A stretch of DNA of 64,000 bases. Origin: Betaproteobacteria bacterium. GTDB taxonomy: Bacteria; Pseudomonadota; Gammaproteobacteria; Burkholderiales; SG8-39. The stretch lies in contig CANJJT010000006.1 in the NCBI GenBank assembly GCA_947474715.1, forward strand, positions 12,588 through 76,587. The letters are read 5' to 3'. Positions within the stretch are counted from its first letter, which is position 1. Every line of letters begins with the position of its first letter. The notes below the pieces were generated by a model, which saw only the letters and a list, made by a program, of their open reading frames with translations, was not told where the DNA came from and did no database searches. The translations under genes and the position numbers were made by a program. Shown here piece after piece: positions 57,654 through 64,000 of the stretch.

Positions 57654-60047
57654 ATGAGCGCAGCGAGCAATGCCGCACCCGCACACGGGAGTGGCCAGAC
57701 CGATGAGCAGCGCATGCTGCAGGATGCCGTCACCACCTTCGTGGCCCGCGCCACCAGCCTGAAGCGCGTGCGTGCCTTGCGTGGCACTGAGCCCGGCTAT
57801 GACCGCAAATTGTGGGAACAGCTCGCCGAGCAGGGATGGCTGGGCATCGTCATACCCGAACAGTATGGCGGCCAGGGACTGGGTTTCACCGAGATGCGGG
57901 CTGTGGCCGAAGGCCTCGGCGGTGCGCTGATTCCCGAGCCCGTGACGGCCTGCGCGGTGCTGGCGAGCCGTGCCCTGCTTCATGGTGACAATGAGGCCCT
58001 CAAGAAGAAATTGCTGCCGCAGATGGCCCAGGGGCGGCTGATCGTGTCGCTGGCCTGGCAGGAGGGTGACACCGGCACGGACCTCGCGCCGAAGCTGTCT
58101 GTCACGAAGAGTGCTTCGGGCCTGGTGCTCAATGGGCAGAAATGCTTCGTCACGCCGGCATCGGGCGCCGACGGCTTCCTGGTGACCGCCAGCGAGGGCG
58201 GCAGGACCGCCATCTACTACGTGGCGGCTGGCACTGCGGGCATCACCATCACCCTCGACAAGCGCGCCGACGGCAGTTCCTTCGGGCGCATGAACTTCAA
58301 GGACGTCGTGGTTACTGCCGATGCCGTTGCCGCTTCGACACAGGCTGGTGATGCTGCGCTCAGTCGTGCCATCGATGAGGCGACGGTGATGGCCAGCGCC
58401 GAGCTTTACGCGGTGACCTGCAAGGCACTGGACCTGACCTTCGATTACATGAAGACCCGGGTGCAGTTCGGCAAGCCCATCGGCAGCTTCCAGGCGCTGC
58501 AGCATCGCGCGGTGGATCTGTGGATACAGAAGGAACTGGCTTCGGCCATCGTCGATGAGGCAGTGCGGGTGCTGGACCAGCCCTATGACAAGATGCGCGT
58601 GTCGGAAGTGGCAAGCCGCGTGAAATCGCGCTGCTCGGATGCCGGCATCGACCTCACCCGCGACTGCATCCGCCTCCACGGCGCCATCGGCTTCACCGAC
58701 GACTACGACGCCGGCCTGCACCTGCAGCGCGCGGTCGTGCTGCAGGCCTGGCTGGGCAATGGCGCCGAGCACCGTCGCTGCTTTGATGCCACGCGCGCGT
58801 TGCACGAGCGGACTGAACTGGACAGCGCCGGCATCCTGGCACAGATCAAGCCGGCCAGGCTTCCCGGTGAACCGGGTGAGCGGCCGAAAGACACCGACTG
58901 GAACGCGCTCACCGACGAGGAGTTCCGCTACGAGGCCATTGCCTACTACGAAAAGCACTATCCCAAGCACCAGCTGTTCATGCTCAAGCGCCCGCGCAAG
59001 CACAACATCTACGACTACATGAAGGTGTGCTCCGATCACGGCTGGCTGGCTCCGAACTGGCCGCGCGAGTGGGGTGGCATGGAGTTGTCCGCCTCCAAGC
59101 AGGTGATCCTGTTCGAGGAGCGCGAGCGCATCGGCGTGTCGCGGGTGCTGGAGCACGGCCTCAACCTGCTCGGCCCGGCGCTGATGAAGTTCGGCACCGA
59201 GGAGCAGAAGCAGAAGTACCTGCCCAAGATCCTCTCGGTGGATTACATCTTCTGCCAGGGCTATTCGGAGCCCAACGCCGGCTCCGATCTGGCCAGCCTG
59301 CAGACCAAGGCCGAACTGGATGGGGATCACTATGTGGTGAATGGTTCCAAGATCTGGACTTCCCTGGCACAGGACGCCAACCACATGTTCCTGCTGGCAC
59401 GCACCGATCCGGATGCCAAGCGCCAGGCCGGCATCAGCTTCTTCATCCTCGACCTGAAGACGCCGGGGGTGACCATCAAGCCGATCACCAACATCACCGG
59501 TGAGCCCGAGTTCTGCCAGTGCTTCTTCGACAATGTGCGTATCCCGAAGGAGAACATCGTCGGCGGGTTGAACAATGGCTGGACGGTTGCCAAGGGCCTG
59601 CTTGGTTTCGAGCGCCTCAACAGCGGCAGCCCGCGCCGCCCGCAGTACCCGATGAACAAGACGCGTGAGATCGCCAATGCCCGCGGCCTGTGGGAGGACG
59701 CCGAGTTCCGTTCCAAGTACACCAGGCTGGAACTTGATGTGTCCGATCTGGCGCTGCTCTATCAGCGTTATGCCGACTTGATCTCGCGCGGCGAAACCCC
59801 GGGGCCGGGCATGTCCATGCTCAAGATCTGGTCGTCGGAGACCACCATGCGCATGAACGCATTGATGATGGAAATCGCTGGATCCTCGGGCTGCCTGGCC
59901 TCGGAGAAGGTGGCGTTCGGCGAGGATGGCAGGGTCAAGGTGAACATCATGGGCTCCTTCTACATCCTGTTTCCGGCCACCATTGCCGCCGGTGCCAACG
60001 ATATCCAGCGCAACATTCTGGCCAAGCGTGCGCTTGGCCTGCCCTGA
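57654..60047 (+). CDS. tandem (double) acyl-CoA dehydrogenase fusion protein
   Basis: Two complete ACAD-like modules in one 797-aa frame. Module 2 has the canonical YSEPNAGSDLASL...NGSKIWTS FAD/substrate motifs. Module 1 has a degenerate equivalent (WQEGDTGTDLAPK). Confidence 0.8.
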   Translation: MSAASNAAPAHGSGQTDEQRMLQDAVTTFVARATSLKRVRALRGTEPGYDRKLWEQLAEQGWLGIVIPEQYGGQGLGFTEMRAVAEGLGGALIPEPVTACAVLASRALLHGDNEALKKKLLPQMAQGRLIVSLAWQEGDTGTDLAPKLSVTKSASGLVLNGQKCFVTPASGADGFLVTASEGGRTAIYYVAAGTAGITITLDKRADGSSFGRMNFKDVVVTADAVAASTQAGDAALSRAIDEATVMASAELYAVTCKALDLTFDYMKTRVQFGKPIGSFQALQHRAVDLWIQKELASAIVDEAVRVLDQPYDKMRVSEVASRVKSRCSDAGIDLTRDCIRLHGAIGFTDDYDAGLHLQRAVVLQAWLGNGAEHRRCFDATRALHERTELDSAGILAQIKPARLPGEPGERPKDTDWNALTDEEFRYEAIAYYEKHYPKHQLFMLKRPRKHNIYDYMKVCSDHGWLAPNWPREWGGMELSASKQVILFEERERIGVSRVLEHGLNLLGPALMKFGTEEQKQKYLPKILSVDYIFCQGYSEPNAGSDLASLQTKAELDGDHYVVNGSKIWTSLAQDANHMFLLARTDPDAKRQAGISFFILDLKTPGVTIKPITNITGEPEFCQCFFDNVRIPKENIVGGLNNGWTVAKGLLGFERLNSGSPRRPQYPMNKTREIANARGLWEDAEFRSKYTRLELDVSDLALLYQRYADLISRGETPGPGMSMLKIWSSETTMRMNALMMEIAGSSGCLASEKVAFGEDGRVKVNIMGSFYILFPATIAAGANDIQRNILAKRALGLP

Positions 60048-60069
60048 TGCACGCAGAAAGGATAAGCAG

Positions 60070-61080
60070 ATGAACATGACCCGCAATACCGGCGCCGTCC
60101 TCGGCGTCTTGCTGGCCTGCCTTTACGCCGGCATCCCGCAGGCTCAGGCTCAGGCTCAGGCGCAGGCGCAGAAGGGGGCCGAGTCCTATCCCAACAAGCC
60201 GATCCGCTTTCTGGTGGCCTCCATCCCCGGCGCAGCCAGCGATGTGGTGGTGAGACTGGTGGCTCCCAGGGTGTCGGAGCGACTGAAGCAGTTACTGGTG
60301 ATCGAGAACCGCGGCGGCGCCAACGGCATTCCGGCACTCAACGCGGCAGCCCAGGCTGCACCGGATGGCTACACCATCCTCAACTCCGGCAATCTGCTGG
60401 TCCTGAATGGTGTCACGGGCAAGCTGTCCTATGACATCCGCAAGACCTTCGACCCGATCGTGCTGCTGTCTTCGCAGCCCTACATCCTGATATCCCACCC
60501 GTCACTGTCGGTCGGTTCGGTGAAGGAACTGGTGGCGCTGGCCAAGGCCAAGCCGGGTGCCATCAGTTACGGCTCATCCGGACTGGGTGCGGTCAACCAC
60601 CTGGGCATGGCCTTGTTGGCCAACCGCACCGCGACCGACATGGTCCACGTGCCCTACAAGGGCAATGCCCAGGCCATCCCGGACCTGCTGAGTGGCCGCA
60701 TCCAGCTCCTGTTTGCCTCCGGTCCCAGCGCGGCACCGCACATCAAGAGCGGCAAGGTGAGGGCGCTTGGCGTGTCCAGCCTGAATCGCTCGACGGCCTT
60801 CCCCGACCAGCCGACCGTATCTGAAACGGTGAGCGGCTTCGAGCTGACCAATTCCTATTCGGTTTACGCGCCGGCGGGCACGCCGCAGGCCATGCTGCAA
60901 TTGCTCAACAAGGAATTCACCGACGCTGCCAATGCGCCGGATGTGAAGGCCAAGCTCACCCCGGATGGCATGGAAATGGGGCCGGGCACTTCGCCGGCTG
61001 CCCTCAAGCAGGCCTTCCTGAAGGAGTATGAGGTGTGGGACAACTTCATCAAATCAAGCGCGCTGAAGCTGGGTGATTGA
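60070..61080 (+). CDS. Bug family (TctC-like) substrate-binding protein
   Basis: Signal peptide ending in an (AQ)5 repeat, then YPNKPIRFLVASIPGAASD...NRGGANG...VHVPYKGNAQA motifs. ATG at 60070. Confidence 0.9.
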   Translation: MNMTRNTGAVLGVLLACLYAGIPQAQAQAQAQAQKGAESYPNKPIRFLVASIPGAASDVVVRLVAPRVSERLKQLLVIENRGGANGIPALNAAAQAAPDGYTILNSGNLLVLNGVTGKLSYDIRKTFDPIVLLSSQPYILISHPSLSVGSVKELVALAKAKPGAISYGSSGLGAVNHLGMALLANRTATDMVHVPYKGNAQAIPDLLSGRIQLLFASGPSAAPHIKSGKVRALGVSSLNRSTAFPDQPTVSETVSGFELTNSYSVYAPAGTPQAMLQLLNKEFTDAANAPDVKAKLTPDGMEMGPGTSPAALKQAFLKEYEVWDNFIKSSALKLGD

Positions 61081-61116
61081 GTGGTGGCTGTCAAGGCCAT
61101 TATTGTCGTTTTAGAT

Positions 61117-62145
61117 ATGATGGCCAGACGGCTAATAAATCATTCGCTTGATTGTGATCATCGTCATTGGGTCGATGGGGTGGCCAGGGGAGTGATTTCG
61201 CTGGCCTTGTTGCTGGCGCCCGTGATGGCGGCAGCCCAGGATGCCTTCCCGGCACGCCAGGTGCGCCTGGTGGTGCCGGTCGAGGCCGGTGGTGCCACAG
61301 ACGTCCAGGCGCGCATGTTTGCTGCCGAGTGGGCGAAAGGTCTGGGTGGCCAGCCTGTCATCATCGACAACCGGCCGGGTGCCGGCGGGGCCATCGGCGC
61401 GGACGTGGTGGCGAAATCCCGGCCCGATGCCCATACCGTCTGTTTCTGCTCCACCAGCCAGCTGGTGCTGCTGCCCCTCACCGAAAAGCAGTATCCCTTC
61501 GTGCCATTGCGTGACCTGCAGCCGGTGACGCCGGTCTATCTCGCCGATGGCACCATCGCCGTGCGGGTGGACATGGGCGTGAAGTCGCTTGCCGATTTCG
61601 TCGCCCTGGCCAAGGCCAACCCGGGCAGATTCACTTACGGATCGACCGGGACAGGGGGCATCATCCATCTCACCGGCGCGCTGATAGGCAACCTGACGGG
61701 CATCAACATCGTCCATGTGCCTTACAAGGGGGAGCAGCCCGCGGCCAATGACCTGATGACCGGCCGCATCGACATGCTGCCGCTGTCGGCCCTGCTGGCT
61801 GAGCGTCTGGCCAGAAGTGGCAAGGTGCGGGTGCTGGCGGTGCGCGGTGTGACGCGCAATCCACTGCTGCCTGATGTGCCCACCATGGCCGAGTCAGGCT
61901 TCCCTGGTGCCGAGACCCCCAATCATGGCGGCCTGCTGGTGGCCGCCGGGTCACCCATGCCAGCTGTCGAAAAGCTTTACAGCGCTGCCGCGGGCGTACT
62001 CAACCAGGCAGACATCAAGGATCGCTTCGTGCAGGCTGGCCAGCGTGCTTTCCTGCTGAAGCCGGACGCCTATGCGGATTTCCTGCGCCAGGAGACCGAA
62101 AAGTGGCGCAAGGTCGTGCGCAGCCTTCCTCCGCTCAGGGAATAG
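61117..62145 (+). CDS. Bug family (TctC-like) substrate-binding protein
   Basis: FPARQVRLVVPVEAGGATD...NRPGAGGAIG...VHVPYKGEQPA motifs. The start is uncertain (61081 GTG, 61117 or 61120 ATG). Confidence 0.85.
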   Translation: MMARRLINHSLDCDHRHWVDGVARGVISLALLLAPVMAAAQDAFPARQVRLVVPVEAGGATDVQARMFAAEWAKGLGGQPVIIDNRPGAGGAIGADVVAKSRPDAHTVCFCSTSQLVLLPLTEKQYPFVPLRDLQPVTPVYLADGTIAVRVDMGVKSLADFVALAKANPGRFTYGSTGTGGIIHLTGALIGNLTGINIVHVPYKGEQPAANDLMTGRIDMLPLSALLAERLARSGKVRVLAVRGVTRNPLLPDVPTMAESGFPGAETPNHGGLLVAAGSPMPAVEKLYSAAAGVLNQADIKDRFVQAGQRAFLLKPDAYADFLRQETEKWRKVVRSLPPLRE

Positions 62146-62148
62146 CTT

Positions 62149-63369
62149 TCAGTGTCGTGTGGCATGCGCATTGCGATGGGCGTGCCATTTCCCCCGGCCG
62201 GCATAGCAGCCCGCTGCCAGCAGTGCGGCCACCGCCCAGAACACCGGGCCGACGCCCAGCGCCGCACCGATCATCCCGGCCGTGAGCGGCACGGCAGTCT
62301 GCAGGCCGTTGATGATGGCCAGCCGCAGCCCCTGCACTTCGGCCATGCGATCGGCCGGCGAGGCTTCGTGTATCAGGGCGAGGGATATGGGGGCGCTTAT
62401 GCCCAGCGCCAGTCCCATCCAGAAGGCCAGCGAGATCAGCACCCCCATCTGTGCAAAGAAGGAGGTCGCCACAAACCCGATCGCGGCCATCAGCAGCGAG
62501 CCGATCAGTATCTGCCAGTGGGTGTATCGGCGCGAGCATACCGGCGCCAGCATGCGCGAGACGACGGAGGCAAGGGAGTAGGTGCTCATGATGATGCCGA
62601 TCTGCGAGGCGCTCAGGTGGATCTGGCTGCCGTACAGTGGCATGAGGAAGGTGTAGAGGTTCCAGCCGACGTTGGTCAGCAGCGCCATCATGAATATCTC
62701 GCGCAAGGCCGGCTTGCGCAGCAATTCGCCGACACCCCCGCCGGGCCTCGCCTGCTTCTGTTCGGCGCGCCCGTGTGAGGGCAGTTCCAGCTTGTTGAGT
62801 GAAATCACCAGTGTGGGCACCAGCGGCAGCAGGGCGAGCAGCAGGAAGGTATCGCGGTAGCCGATCTCGTCGATGGCGAAACCGGCGACCAGCGGCGCAA
62901 TAAAGCTGGCCATGGCATAGCCCTGCATGGCCAAACTGAAGTTGCCGACCTTGTCCTCAGGGCGGCCGTAGTGGCCGATCTGCAGCTGGTTACCGATGAA
63001 GTAGACGTTGTAGGCGGTGCCGACGACGATGCTGAGGATGAACAGCGCGTAAATGCCCTCCCAGAACCAGGCCACGGCGGTGGCTGCGGCCATGAGCAGG
63101 GAGCAGATGATCATCGGATAGCGCGGGCCGATGCGGTCGATCCAGCGTCCGGTGGCCACCGAGGTCGTGATGCCGAGCACCGAGAAGAGGGCGGTCAGCA
63201 CGCCCACTGTGGCGGGGGAGGCCTCCAGGTGCACTGCATAGAGGAGCACCGCGAAGCGCGCTCCGACGAAGTTGACATGGTTCGTCGCGGTGATCGCGAT
63301 GAGGAGGTGTAGAGGCTTCAATGGAGAGGCCGGGAACGCGTCCTGGCGATGAGGGAAAACCTGCCCCAT
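62149..63369 (-). CDS. MFS transporter
   Basis: About 12 predicted hydrophobic helices and an MFS-type loop motif (GRWIDRIGPR) between TM2 and TM3. Confidence 0.8.
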   Translation of the reverse strand: MGQVFPHRQDAFPASPLKPLHLLIAITATNHVNFVGARFAVLLYAVHLEASPATVGVLTALFSVLGITTSVATGRWIDRIGPRYPMIICSLLMAAATAVAWFWEGIYALFILSIVVGTAYNVYFIGNQLQIGHYGRPEDKVGNFSLAMQGYAMASFIAPLVAGFAIDEIGYRDTFLLLALLPLVPTLVISLNKLELPSHGRAEQKQARPGGGVGELLRKPALREIFMMALLTNVGWNLYTFLMPLYGSQIHLSASQIGIIMSTYSLASVVSRMLAPVCSRRYTHWQILIGSLLMAAIGFVATSFFAQMGVLISLAFWMGLALGISAPISLALIHEASPADRMAEVQGLRLAIINGLQTAVPLTAGMIGAALGVGPVFWAVAALLAAGCYAGRGKWHAHRNAHATRH

Positions 63370-63491
63370 TATAGCGGCGGGTCGGTGGGCGTCCCGGGCC
63401 GGCCCGGTCAGGCTAGCGTAGTCAGAGCCGCGTGGTCAAAGTCGGCCCGGCATGTGGTAGTTCGCGTCGGCTTCTTCGCCCGGTCTCCGGC

Positions 63492-64000
63492 TCATTCCTC
63501 CGGCTTGACGCCAGCCTTCTTGATCACGCCCTCCCACTTGGCGTAGTCGGCGATATAGGCCGACTTCAGTTCCGCAGGTGTCAGCGGTGGTGCAGGCACC
63601 GCGCCATCGGCTGCCATCTTGTCCTTGATGTCGGGGACTGCAATGACCTGCACCAGTTCGCGATTGAGTGCGGTCACGATGGCCGATGGCATCTGGGCGT
63701 GCGCATACAGCATGTAGGTGTTGGCCACGTCGTAACCGGGGATGCCCGATTCGGCAATGGTGGGAATGTCGGGAAACTCCGGCACGCGCTGCGGACGCGT
63801 GGTCGCGAGGATCCTGGCCTTGCCGGCGCGCACCGACTGGATGCCGGAAACCGATGCCAGTGCCACATTCAGCCGGCCGGCCACCAGGTCGAGGTAGACC
63901 TGCGCATTGCCCTTGTAGGGGACATGGATCATGTCCAGGTTGGCGCCCAGTTCGATCAGTTCCAACCCGAGGTGGATCACCGAGCCCACGCCGTTGGAGC
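63492..64000 (-). CDS. Bug family (TctC-like) substrate-binding protein, C-terminal part (gene continues beyond the right window edge)
   Basis: IHVPYKGNAQVYLDLVAGR and downstream Bug motifs. The frame is open to nt 64000. Confidence 0.85.
   Translation of the reverse strand, partial: SNGVGSVIHLGLELIELGANLDMIHVPYKGNAQVYLDLVAGRLNVALASVSGIQSVRAGKARILATTRPQRVPEFPDIPTIAESGIPGYDVANTYMLYAHAQMPSAIVTALNRELVQVIAVPDIKDKMAADGAVPAPPLTPAELKSAYIADYAKWEGVIKKAGVKPEE

Noticed and set aside
57624-60086. 820-aa ORF on the minus strand
   Set aside because: Antisense to the double acyl-CoA dehydrogenase gene, with low-complexity Arg/Gly/His/Leu composition and no recognisable domain.

Overview
High-GC chromosomal segment with betaproteobacterial (Burkholderiales-like) gene content and order. 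It is mostly core housekeeping genes: birA-coaX, hldC, pyrC, rnpB (RNase P RNA), waaF, ilvE, glnE, yhdP, tldD, coaBC-dut, clpS-clpA with a divergent cspD-like gene, xseA, exbBD-lpxK-ycaR-kdsB-adk, fbp and hppA. Accessory genes are interspersed: six orphan Bug/TctC solute-binding proteins, an orphan type IV pilin, an amidohydrolase/hydroxy-acid oxidase/Asp-box propeller cluster, a flavocytochrome c sulfide dehydrogenase pair, a cupin-rubredoxin fusion, a TPR-glycosyltransferase fusion and a double acyl-CoA dehydrogenase. I saw no rRNA, tRNA, CRISPR array, transposase, integrase or recognisable defence system. The observations I consider most worth follow-up are: (1) a 59-bp intergenic element present three times with identical block spacing, whose TGATCA termini overlap the stop codons of flanking genes; (2) a cytochrome c gene (fccA-like) missing from the ORF track because its only plausible start is a non-canonical ATC behind a strong Shine-Dalgarno; (3) an lpoA-like gene split by one extra G in a G8 run; (4) a ~650-bp composite inverted-repeat element that generates spurious ORFs; (5) an unlisted 52-aa secreted Lys-rich repeat peptide; (6) several unusual domain fusions. 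Many long ORFs in the track are antisense artefacts of high GC content and were rejected. All calls come from reading the sequence and translations by eye, with no database search, and start codons are often uncertain.
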